Shown here in pieces: positions 8,453 through 16,612 of a stretch of 34,778 bases of DNA. Position 1 is the first letter of the stretch; every line of letters starts with the position of its first letter. The notes beneath the pieces were generated by a model that had not been told where the DNA came from, did no database searches, and saw nothing but the letters and a program-made list of their open reading frames with translations. Position numbers and translations under genes: made by a program. Source of the DNA: a virus (Duplodnaviria > Caudoviricetes); IMG/VR virus record IMGVR_UViG_3300024245_000004, positions 1 through 34,778 of that record; one strand, given 5' to 3'.

Positions 8453-10619
8453 CGCTTCGGTAGAACGCAAGAAAGACGCGGCTTCTGAAGACAGCGAGTG
8501 GGGGGAGCGGGACGAAGAGCTGTGCCGCGACGAAGACATTCGCGAGCAGGTGCTTGACGCGATGAAGACGACTGCGACCGCGTTTCGCGGGCAGTGGGAC
8601 CGGGGCAACGATCAGCTAGACTATTGGGACTGCTACAACTGCCAGCTTACCGGGCGGCAGAACTACGCAGGCAACGCACAGATTTTCGTCCCCATCGTCA
8701 AGACGGCGGTCGACGCGCGGCGCACCCGCTTCGTCAACCAGATGTTCCCCCGCTCCGGTCGCAACGTAGACGTCATCACGTCTGACGAGAAGCCCTGGGA
8801 GCTTATGGCGCTGCTCGAATACTACATTCGTCGGACGCGGCTGCGCACCCAGGCGGCGCCGGCCGTGTGCAAGAATGGCGACGTCGAAGGGCAGTACAAT
8901 CTCTATGTGACGTGGGCTGACAGCACGCGATACATTGCCTACAAGAAGCCTACGGCGATCGAGATCGACGGAGAAGAGATTGAGAACGATGACCCCGATC
9001 TTGACACCGATGACGAGTACGACGTTGTCGAGGAAGAGCTGAAAAGTCAGCACCCGATCGTCGAAGTTCTTGCCGACGCAGACGTGGTCGTGTTTCCGGC
9101 GACGGCGAACAGCGTTGAGCACGCCTTGGCGCAGGGCGGCGGCGGGGCGATCATCCGGCGGTGGACCAAGGAGAAGGTCCGCCAGATGATTGATGACAAA
9201 GAGATCGACGATGAAGCCGGCGAGACCATCCTTGAGGAAATGAAGAAGGCGCTCGATCCGAACAATCCCGACGTCGTGAAGAAGCACGTTGACGCGGCGG
9301 GCATCACGCTGAGCGAAGGGCAGGCGCTGCTGATCGGGTACGAGGTTTGGATACATCTGAAGAAGGGCGACGAGAAGCGCATTTGTCGCATCTACTTTGC
9401 CGGCGGTGAGCGCGATACGATCCTGTCGGTCAAGCGCAACCCGTACTGGTGTGATCGCGTACCGCTGATCTCGGCGCCGCAGGACAAGATCGCGGGGGTG
9501 TTCAAGGGTCTCGCGCCGGTCAAGTTCGTCGCCGATATGCAGTACGCGGCGAACGATGCTGTCAACATGGGCTGGGACAGCGCGAGCTACGGCCTGCTGC
9601 CCATCGTCATGACGGACCCCAGCAAGAACCCTCGCGTGGGATCGATGGTGTTGAACCTCGCGGCGATCTGGCAGACCAGTCCGAACGATACTAAGTTCGC
9701 GCAATTCCCGCAGTTGTGGAAGGACGCGCTGTCGCTGGTGGCGTCGACCAAGCAGGAGATTTACCAGGCGTTGTCAGTGACGCCGGCCATGATCGCACAG
9801 TCGAGCGGGGGCAAGACGAAGCGCAATCAGGCGGAGATCGCGGCGGAGCAGCAGGCCGAAATTCTGGCGACGGCTGACGCGGTGACCAACATCGAAGATG
9901 AAGTCTTTTCGCCCTTGCTGCGGTGGTTCGTCGATCTCGATCACCAATTCCGCGACAAGGCGCTGACGGTGCGGCAGTACGGCGAGCTGGGGTTGAAGGT
10001 CAACATGATCGACGTGCCGCCGATCAACTCCGGCACGCGCTACGAGGTTCGATGGTGGGGCATCGACGCGACGCGCTCGGCGCAGCAGATGCAGCAGCAG
10101 ATCGCCACTATCAACGTGATCCGCGGCATTCCGCCGGACATGATGCCCGGCTACAAGCTTGATCTCGTGCCAGTCATCCAGCAGCTTGTCGAGAACACGT
10201 TCGGTGCGCGGCTCGCACCGCAGATATTCAAGGGCATCAAGGACAAATTGTCGATCGACCCGCAGCTAGAGAACAAGATGCTGCTCATGGGGCTGACGTT
10301 GCCCGTGCACGAGCTGGACGACGATCAGCAACACATGCTGGCTCACATGGAGGCGATGCAGGAGAGCGGCGACGATCCGACCGGAGCGATCCGCGCGCAC
10401 ATGCTGTTTCATCGCGAGCAGATGAACAAAAAGGCGCAGGTTGCAATGCAGGGCATGCAGGGAACGGGCGCGCCGGGCGCCCCGGGAGGCGCGGGGCCGG
10501 GAACGTCGGGGACGCCGCGACCGGGCGCCCAGCCGGGCCAAGCGCGCGGTGGTCAAAATCCGGCTGGTGCAATTCACCAGGATCGGCTACAAGGGCCAGA
10601 CGTCGCACCGCGGAGATAG
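8439..10619 (+). CDS. Portal protein
   Basis: 726 aa directly after terL; IFVPIVKTAVDARRTRFVNQMFP; KRNPYWCDRVP; Q/G/P-rich tail typical of P22-like portals. Confidence 0.88.
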   Translation: MADDDASVERKKDAASEDSEWGERDEELCRDEDIREQVLDAMKTTATAFRGQWDRGNDQLDYWDCYNCQLTGRQNYAGNAQIFVPIVKTAVDARRTRFVNQMFPRSGRNVDVITSDEKPWELMALLEYYIRRTRLRTQAAPAVCKNGDVEGQYNLYVTWADSTRYIAYKKPTAIEIDGEEIENDDPDLDTDDEYDVVEEELKSQHPIVEVLADADVVVFPATANSVEHALAQGGGGAIIRRWTKEKVRQMIDDKEIDDEAGETILEEMKKALDPNNPDVVKKHVDAAGITLSEGQALLIGYEVWIHLKKGDEKRICRIYFAGGERDTILSVKRNPYWCDRVPLISAPQDKIAGVFKGLAPVKFVADMQYAANDAVNMGWDSASYGLLPIVMTDPSKNPRVGSMVLNLAAIWQTSPNDTKFAQFPQLWKDALSLVASTKQEIYQALSVTPAMIAQSSGGKTKRNQAEIAAEQQAEILATADAVTNIEDEVFSPLLRWFVDLDHQFRDKALTVRQYGELGLKVNMIDVPPINSGTRYEVRWWGIDATRSAQQMQQQIATINVIRGIPPDMMPGYKLDLVPVIQQLVENTFGARLAPQIFKGIKDKLSIDPQLENKMLLMGLTLPVHELDDDQQHMLAHMEAMQESGDDPTGAIRAHMLFHREQMNKKAQVAMQGMQGTGAPGAPGGAGPGTSGTPRPGAQPGQARGGQNPAGAIHQDRLQGPDVAPRR

Positions 10620-10623
10620 CGAG

Positions 10624-10809
10624 ATGCTGCGCATACTTGCAGTGGTTTCAGTCGGCGCCGCACTGGCGTTGGTAGGCGCGATGATCAGCCCCAGGGCGCA
10701 GAGTGGTGGCGGGGCGCTCGTTGTGCAGACGTGCGGCGTTCTTCCCCAGGCTTTCACTGCCGGCAGCACGCGATCGCTGACTGTCGACGTTAACGGGAAC
10801 ACCTGCTGA
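10624..10809 (+). CDS. Small secreted protein (signal peptide plus 31-aa two-Cys module)
   Basis: MLRILAVVSVGAALALVGAMISPRA|QSGGGALVVQTCG...NTC; GGAG upstream; paralogous to the N-terminus of the next gene. Confidence 0.8.
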   Translation: MLRILAVVSVGAALALVGAMISPRAQSGGGALVVQTCGVLPQAFTAGSTRSLTVDVNGNTC

Positions 10810-11927
10810 TGGCGCGTTTTCTCGGATCAATCTTACTCACACTAGCATTTTTATGCTCTCCTGCGTTAGCGCAGGACGCACTGGTTGTTCAAACGTGTGG
10901 ATCGTTGCCCCTCGCTTATGCGCCCGGGGCCACGCGTCTCATCACCGTCGACACGACAGGAAAACTTTGCAGCAGCGCCGCCGCAAGCGGTGGGACCAAA
11001 GTCACGAGCATAGTAGCGGCCGGTGCCGGTGTTTATACGCCGACCGCCGGCATGAAGATGGTGCAGGTCTACTGCCTTGGCGGCGGTGGCGGAGGGGGCG
11101 GTGGCGCACGGCAGGCGGCATCGACTGCAGTCAGTGGCGGTGGTTCCGGTGGCGGTGGTGCCCAGAATTCCGGGTTCTTTACCGCCGCGCAGATCGGCGC
11201 ATCGCAGAATTACACGGTGGGCGGCGGCGGCACGGCTGGGCTTGCGGCGGCGGCCGATACCACTGCAGGAGGCAACGGCGGTGTTGGAACGGGAACCACG
11301 TTTGGCGCAACGCTGCTCTATTGCCCCGCTGGCGGTGGCGGCGGCGGTGGTCAGCTTGCCGCCAACTCAGGCGGCGGTGGCGGCGGAGGCTACGGAGCTG
11401 ATGGCGGCACCAGTCCGGGAACGACCGGAGGCGCCGCGGGCGGCTTCGGCGCAACAGCCGGCGGTGCGGGTGCGGCAGGCGCGCTGGTTACATCAACTGA
11501 GGCGGGCCCTGGCGGATCAGGCAGCACGGCGGCCGGCGCCGCAAATGGTGGGCGAGGCTCTATCTTTGGAGGCTCAGCTGGCGGCACGGGTGGCGGCATT
11601 ACAGCCGGCAACGCCATGGCGACCGGCGGCACAGGCGGAGCCGCTAGTGGACGAGGCGACGGCACGGGTGTCGCGGGCGGCACAGGCGGGACGACCGGCA
11701 ACCCCGGCAATCCTGGAAATCCCGGCAACGCAGCAACTCAGCCAATAGGACAAGGCGGATCCGGTGCGGGCGGCGGGGGCAGCCATGCGACCGCCGCCGG
11801 TGCGGGCGGCACTGGCGGTCTATGCGGCGGCTCGGGCGGCGGCGGAGGCAGCACGCAGAATGGCGGGACGGCGGGTGCAGGCGGGCAAGGCGGCGGCGGG
11901 TGCTTGTGGATTATCGAGTATTTCTGA
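10809..11927 (+). CDS. Glycine-rich fibre/adhesin-like protein with signal peptide
   Basis: SPALA|QD cleavage site; YTPTAGMKMVQVYCLGGGGGGG...GGQGGGGCLWIIEYF is the usual phage glycine-rich fibre domain. Confidence 0.85.
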   Translation: MARFLGSILLTLAFLCSPALAQDALVVQTCGSLPLAYAPGATRLITVDTTGKLCSSAAASGGTKVTSIVAAGAGVYTPTAGMKMVQVYCLGGGGGGGGGARQAASTAVSGGGSGGGGAQNSGFFTAAQIGASQNYTVGGGGTAGLAAAADTTAGGNGGVGTGTTFGATLLYCPAGGGGGGGQLAANSGGGGGGGYGADGGTSPGTTGGAAGGFGATAGGAGAAGALVTSTEAGPGGSGSTAAGAANGGRGSIFGGSAGGTGGGITAGNAMATGGTGGAASGRGDGTGVAGGTGGTTGNPGNPGNPGNAATQPIGQGGSGAGGGGSHATAAGAGGTGGLCGGSGGGGGSTQNGGTAGAGGQGGGGCLWIIEYF

Positions 11928-13141
11928 TGTGGCGCACATTTCTGGTGCTGGTCTTCCTGCTTTGTCAGGGGGGGATTGGTAAATCTCAGGCGACCGTCAT
12001 CGACGCCTCTATCTTTCCGGGATCGGTCGGCGATCAAATCTGGGTATGCACGCTTTCCCTTCCGCCCGGCGGAGGCATTTGCGACGCGCGCAATCTTCCG
12101 CCGACCGGGACAATCCCCGCCATGACCATCAATCGATCGGGCGTTACGATCCTTGGCCCCTGCGGTCAATACACTGTAACCGGGAAAATTCTCATCAATA
12201 CCGTGCGCGCCTTTCGCTGGCAGGGCTGCGGCGAGGATTTCAGCACGGCGGGCACCCGGTTCATGTGGGCCGGCAACGCCACCGACTGCATGTTCCAGTT
12301 CACCGCGAGCCGGGGAAGCCTGCTTGAACACTTCTCGACTTGGTCCGACATAACGTTCCCGCTGTCATGCGGGATAGGGCAATCGCCGGGTGCCGGCGGT
12401 GTCACGACTAACAACGCTTTCCGTGATTTGATCCTACAGGCCAATCGTCCCGGCGGCCTCGACATCGGCATGCGCTGGTACGGCGCGGGCGGAAACAACG
12501 ACGCATCGCTGATTGAGCGAGTGCAGGTCAACAATTACGGCACGGCGGCCTATAGCATCGAAAACGCGCAGAGCAAAGCGCACCTGTTTTTGCACTCGCA
12601 GTGCAACGGAACGACTGGTTCAAAATACTGCATCACAACAGGCTTGGGCGCAGGGGCAGGCTCTTTCGTTGCCATTAACATGTTGGGCGACAACAACTCG
12701 ATCGCGGACTTTTTCCTAGGCGCGCCCGACGACACGATCGTCATCACTGGTGGCGACTTTGAGAACTCGGCACGGTTCCTGACGACAACGGCGGCGGCCG
12801 GCACGGGATGGCCAGTGCTGGTTCAGGGGGTCCGTATCTCGGCCAACAACTTAGCGCCCGACAACAAGCTGGTCATTTTTCAAATGCGTGGCGGCTTCAC
12901 GTTCTCAAACAACAACGTTGACGGGGCGCCGGTCGGGGTTACCCCGTTGATCAGCTTTGAGCCAAGCGCGCTGGACAGCGCAGTGATCGCCGATGGCAAC
13001 TTGATCCGATGGGGCGCGGGTTCTGTGACGGCAGGGGCCAACCCGTTTGTGGGTGTAAACGGGGCTGGCGCTCTGTGGAGAAAGCGTGCTAATATTATCA
13101 CAGATGGCAATGGCGTGACACAAACAATCCCTGACAACTGA
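11927..13141 (+). CDS. Beta-helix tailspike-like protein with signal peptide
   Basis: MWRTFLVLVFLLCQGGIGKSQA|TV; N/G/T-rich beta-strand repeats (NNAFRDLIL, IERVQVNN, FTFSNNNVD); TGATG coupling. Confidence 0.75.
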   Translation: MWRTFLVLVFLLCQGGIGKSQATVIDASIFPGSVGDQIWVCTLSLPPGGGICDARNLPPTGTIPAMTINRSGVTILGPCGQYTVTGKILINTVRAFRWQGCGEDFSTAGTRFMWAGNATDCMFQFTASRGSLLEHFSTWSDITFPLSCGIGQSPGAGGVTTNNAFRDLILQANRPGGLDIGMRWYGAGGNNDASLIERVQVNNYGTAAYSIENAQSKAHLFLHSQCNGTTGSKYCITTGLGAGAGSFVAINMLGDNNSIADFFLGAPDDTIVITGGDFENSARFLTTTAAAGTGWPVLVQGVRISANNLAPDNKLVIFQMRGGFTFSNNNVDGAPVGVTPLISFEPSALDSAVIADGNLIRWGAGSVTAGANPFVGVNGAGALWRKRANIITDGNGVTQTIPDN

Positions 13142-13154
13142 AAGGACCCGGTAC

Positions 13155-13361
13155 ATGGCTGATCAACCCACGACCGTAAAGCAGCTCGTCGACAGCGGCC
13201 CGGGTACGGTCACGACTTCGATCGGCAGTGCGGCGATCCTCTCGGCGATCGTGTCGCTTGTGACGATGTACGCGCATGGGACGATCGACGTGCAGTCTGC
13301 GTCTGCAGCCGTCGGCGTGATCTTCGCGGCGGTCAATAGCTTTTTCTCACACTCGAAGTAG
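13155..13361 (+). CDS. Small two-TM membrane protein (holin-like)
   Basis: AAILSAIVSLVTMYA and AAVGVIFAAVNSFF; RBS AAAGGA. Confidence 0.65.
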   Translation: MADQPTTVKQLVDSGPGTVTTSIGSAAILSAIVSLVTMYAHGTIDVQSASAAVGVIFAAVNSFFSHSK

Positions 13362-13390
13362 CGGGGGCCGTCTCTAGCAGGAGGCAAGCC

Positions 13391-13555
13391 ATGCAAAACG
13401 TCGGTCTGGTGCTGCTGGTGTTTTCGTTTGTGCTGGCAGTGATTGCTGCGTTTATTGGCCCCACCGCTTGGCCCCGGGCGCATCTGGGCTGGCTTGCCTT
13501 CGCCTTCTTCGTCGCCGCCGAGTTGTTCGGCGGGTTGACCAAAGTCTTCCATTAG
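13391..13555 (+). CDS. 54-aa two-TM membrane protein (absent from the ORF track)
   Basis: MQNVGLVLLVFSFVLAVIAAFIGPTAWPRAHLGWLAFAFFVAAELFGGLTKVFH; RBS AGGAGG. Confidence 0.8.
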   Translation: MQNVGLVLLVFSFVLAVIAAFIGPTAWPRAHLGWLAFAFFVAAELFGGLTKVFH

Positions 13556-13556
13556 C

Positions 13557-13766
13557 ATGAGCGAGCTGGCCCAGCTTCTGGTTGGACTGGCTCTTTTCGG
13601 CAATATGCTGCTGTCTGTCTACACTGTTTGGGCGACAAGGCGGACGCGCAACGCCATCGGCGAATTGGAGAAGAACACTAACAGCATCAAAGATGCTTTG
13701 ATCGCGAGCACGGCCAAAGCTTCGTTTGCGGAAGGCGTCAAGCAACAAAGGGACAATCCCTCCTAG
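13557..13766 (+). CDS. Single-TM protein with soluble C-terminus (holin-like)
   Basis: LLVGLALFGNMLLSVYTVWA followed by TRRTRN and a helical tail. Confidence 0.7.
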   Translation: MSELAQLLVGLALFGNMLLSVYTVWATRRTRNAIGELEKNTNSIKDALIASTAKASFAEGVKQQRDNPS

Positions 13767-13784
13767 GCAACGTACATTGCAGCA

Positions 13785-14288
13785 ATGGAAGACAACATGG
13801 GAGGCGGCGCCCCTAATTGGGCTGAGATTGCGACGGCTCTCGTCGCGACCACGTCCGCCATATGCGCGGCTGCTTCGCGCTACCTTTACACGCTTCTAGA
13901 CGCAAAAATAAGCAAGAAGAGTGAAGCGCTTCATCGAAAAATAGACGACCAGCGTACTGAATTGCACAGCAAGATCGACGCGCAGCAGGCAAAGCTGCTC
14001 GAAGTGCTGTCCGAAGAGGTTGCTGAGATGCGTACAGCTATCGTTGCTGAAGGACGTTCCTATGGAGACAGTGTCGAGGCTGTGCGCGAGAAAATCGTGC
14101 AGGTAGAGCTGTTCATCCGGGATAGCTTCGTTCGGCGTGACGAATTTCAGACAGCAATGCAGCAGCTGAACAACTCTGTGCAGGCGATGCGATCCAGCCA
14201 AGAAGCTGCCAACAAGAGCACCGATGAAAAGCTAGAGCGAATTCGGGTGTCTCTTGAGAACAAGATCGAGAAGAACGGACCCCGTTGA
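13785..14288 (+). CDS. Membrane-anchored coiled-coil protein
   Basis: N-terminal WAEIATALVATTSAICAAAS, a long heptad region, and FVRRDEF. Confidence 0.75.
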   Translation: MEDNMGGGAPNWAEIATALVATTSAICAAASRYLYTLLDAKISKKSEALHRKIDDQRTELHSKIDAQQAKLLEVLSEEVAEMRTAIVAEGRSYGDSVEAVREKIVQVELFIRDSFVRRDEFQTAMQQLNNSVQAMRSSQEAANKSTDEKLERIRVSLENKIEKNGPR

Positions 14289-14314
14289 CTTTTTATATTT
14301 TTAGGTCGTATGTT
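14285..14314 (+). promoter_or_regulatory. Sigma70-type promoter for the head genes
   Basis: TTGACT-18nt AT-rich spacer-TATGTT. Confidence 0.65.
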
Positions 14315-14331
14315 CCCCAAGACTTAGCTTC

Positions 14332-14396
14332 GCCGGCTTAACCGGCAGATCGCCTCGCTGGCGTAACCAGCAGATCGCGTAGTCCCCGTAAGGGAC
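14332..14396 (+). repeat. Three tandem hairpins at 25-nt period in the scaffold leader
   Basis: GCCGG-CTTAA-CCGGC, GCTGG-CGTAA-CCAGC and GTCCC-CGTAA-GGGAC; the first two are each followed by AGATCGC. Confidence 0.9.
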
Positions 14397-14410
14397 AGGA
14401 GTGCAGGACA

Positions 14411-15220
14411 ATGACCCTCGATCTTCTTCGGAAGTACCTGCTTTCAGGCGTCTCGTTTTCGGGCACTGAAGGCGGCGGTGGATCACCGGACGACGTTCTC
14501 GATCCTGATCCCGAAGATGACGAACAAGTCGACGATCCTGCGGGCGATGGTGATCAGGACGACGACAACGAAGATGAACCCGACGAGGGCGATGAAGGCG
14601 ACGAGGAAGGCGGTGGCGAGCCCGGACCGCAGTCGCGCGGGGGTAACCAATTCAGCCGTCTTCGCGAAACCAATCGAGAGCTTGCGCGACGTGATGCCGA
14701 GAACACTCGGCGCCTTGCAGAACTCGAAGAACGTCTCAACCGCGGCCCCCAGCACTTCCAGCCTCAAGAGACCCCGCAGCAGCGCGAAGCCCGCCTGTCT
14801 CTGCTCTCTCCCGATGAGCGCTACCAGACGGAGATGCGTGAGTTCACGCAGGGCATGCAGCAGCAGATGCAGCAGCTGCGGCAGCAGACGGCAGCCCAAT
14901 CTGATCGTGCTCACTTCGCCAGCATCGCTGCGCGCAATCGCGTGGCACAGCGCTACACCGATGAAGTCGAGAAGCGGTTCGCGGATTTTCAGCGACAGGG
15001 CGTCTACGTCGAGCGGCACGTCATCCTCAAGAATTTGCTCGGCGAGAAGGTTCTTGCCCAGGCCGAGAAGGGTGAGAAAAAGCGCCCTGCAGAGAACCGG
15101 CGCCGGCAAGCAGCTAGGCCGCAGCGCGGGGCATCCGACGCACCGTCTAACAGGCGAGGTCGCGGCGAGCCCGGCAGCGCGGCCGATTACGAAGAGCGTT
15201 TCGGGGACGTCCCGATCTAA
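14411..15220 (+). CDS. Capsid scaffolding protein
   Basis: Acidic D/E-rich N-terminus, coiled-coil middle and basic C-terminus; directly before the capsid gene. Confidence 0.85.
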   Translation: MTLDLLRKYLLSGVSFSGTEGGGGSPDDVLDPDPEDDEQVDDPAGDGDQDDDNEDEPDEGDEGDEEGGGEPGPQSRGGNQFSRLRETNRELARRDAENTRRLAELEERLNRGPQHFQPQETPQQREARLSLLSPDERYQTEMREFTQGMQQQMQQLRQQTAAQSDRAHFASIAARNRVAQRYTDEVEKRFADFQRQGVYVERHVILKNLLGEKVLAQAEKGEKKRPAENRRRQAARPQRGASDAPSNRRGRGEPGSAADYEERFGDVPI

Positions 15221-15223
15221 CCT

Positions 15224-15246
15224 GGCGACGGCAATTGTTCGTCGCC
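15224..15246 (+). promoter_or_regulatory. Stem-loop in the capsid leader
   Basis: GGCGACG-GCAATTGTT-CGTCGCC just upstream of the GGAG RBS; no U tract. Confidence 0.5.
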
Positions 15247-15265
15247 TGAGCTGTGGAGCACAGTG

Positions 15266-16612
15266 ATGGCCACGAATACTGCCTCGCAATTCTCTGGCGA
15301 CATTACCCCATACATCGCTGCCAAGACGCTTCCGCTCACGCGGCGTCAGCTGGTCGTCTACCAGTTCGGCGACCCGGCTACCCTGCCGAAAGGCATGGGC
15401 ACCACCTACACCGCCAGCCGCTACATTCGCGTGCCGCTGCCCTTTGCGCCGCTGTCTGAAGGCGTGCCGCCGATTGGGCAGCAGATGACGCTGCAGCAGG
15501 TGTCGGCGCAGGCCCAGCAGTGGGGCGACAAGATCACCATCACCGACGTCGCGGAGATGACGATCAAGCATCCGCTGTTCAAGAAGGCGATCGAGCTGGT
15601 TGCCCTTCAGATCGGCGAAACGCTGGAGCGCAACACGTTCCTAAACCTGCTAGGCGGCACCCAGATCAACTACGTCAACAGCCGCGGCGCACGGGCGTCG
15701 CTCGTGGCTGGCGACGTGATGAACCCGCACGAGATCAACCGCGCTTCGGCAATGCTGATCAATCTCGGCGCCCCGCGCTACATGGGTGATGAAGTCACCG
15801 ACATGAAGTTGCAGGCCGACGCGGGCGGCGCGAAGGCGTCGAACAACCCTCGCAAGATGCCGCACTACGTCGCCGTCTGCCATCCGTTCGTCGTCGGCGA
15901 CTTGTCGGAAAACCAGACGATCGTGACGGCATGGTCCTACAGCGACTTGAACCGCCTCTACAACTACGAGGTTGGCGAGTGGCGTGGCATCCGGTTCTGC
16001 CAGACCAACATGTGTCCGTTCTTCACTGGCATCGCACAGGTCAATGGCGCGGCGGTCGCTGGCGGCACGTTCGGCGCCGGCACCTACGTCATTCAGGTGA
16101 CGGGACAGGACACGCAGAACCAGTACGAGAGCCAGATTTATCAGGTGTCCGGCAACGTCGTGTTGCTCGCTAACCAAGCCATTCAGGTGACGCTGCCCTC
16201 GACGGCGGGCTTCACCTACAACGTCTACGTCAGCCCGGCGGGCAGCGCCGTGCCGCAGAACCTGGGCCTCTCGACTTCGGGTCCGACGTCTGGTCCGCTC
16301 ACGGGGCAGGCAACACAGCTGGCAGCGGGGTCTACGGTGGTCATCACAGGCCCCGGCGTGTTTCAGGTGCCGCCGGCCGCGCCGGCCACGGGTGTCACGG
16401 TGTATCCGACGTTCATCTTTGGTCGCGGTGCTTACGCGCAGGTCGTGCTCGACAATGTGAAGTTCACTTACCTCAAGGGGGCCGACAAGTCGGATCCGTT
16501 AAATCAGCTCCGAGTAGTAGGTTGGAAGAATTTCTACGGCACGTTGATCCAAAATGCCCAATTTTTCATGAGGATAGAGTCAACTTCCGCCTTCAACTCG
16601 ACGTTCGGATAA
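15266..16612 (+). CDS. Major capsid protein, N4-gp56-like, with internal insertion domain
   Basis: LPKGMG...PLSEGVPP...QQWGDKITITD, YVAVCHP, YEVGEWRGIRF, KSDPLNQLRVVGWK. Confidence 0.93.
   Translation: MATNTASQFSGDITPYIAAKTLPLTRRQLVVYQFGDPATLPKGMGTTYTASRYIRVPLPFAPLSEGVPPIGQQMTLQQVSAQAQQWGDKITITDVAEMTIKHPLFKKAIELVALQIGETLERNTFLNLLGGTQINYVNSRGARASLVAGDVMNPHEINRASAMLINLGAPRYMGDEVTDMKLQADAGGAKASNNPRKMPHYVAVCHPFVVGDLSENQTIVTAWSYSDLNRLYNYEVGEWRGIRFCQTNMCPFFTGIAQVNGAAVAGGTFGAGTYVIQVTGQDTQNQYESQIYQVSGNVVLLANQAIQVTLPSTAGFTYNVYVSPAGSAVPQNLGLSTSGPTSGPLTGQATQLAAGSTVVITGPGVFQVPPAAPATGVTVYPTFIFGRGAYAQVVLDNVKFTYLKGADKSDPLNQLRVVGWKNFYGTLIQNAQFFMRIESTSAFNSTFG

Noticed and set aside
10714-10970. Diversity-generating retroelement TR/VR pair
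   Set aside because: Differences are not adenine-specific, both copies are N-terminal coding modules, and no reverse transcriptase is present.
11696-11730. Collagen domain (GNPGNPGNPGN)
   Set aside because: Only about four triplets within a general Gly-rich domain; too short for a triple helix.
11927-11968. Lipoprotein/o-spanin lipobox at FLLC (also AFLC in the 10809 ORF)
   Set aside because: Does not fit [LVI][ASTVI][GAS]C; signal peptidase I-type sites follow instead.
14332-14396. CRISPR mini-array
   Set aside because: The 25-nt period leaves no room for spacers; stems vary while linkers repeat; no cas genes.
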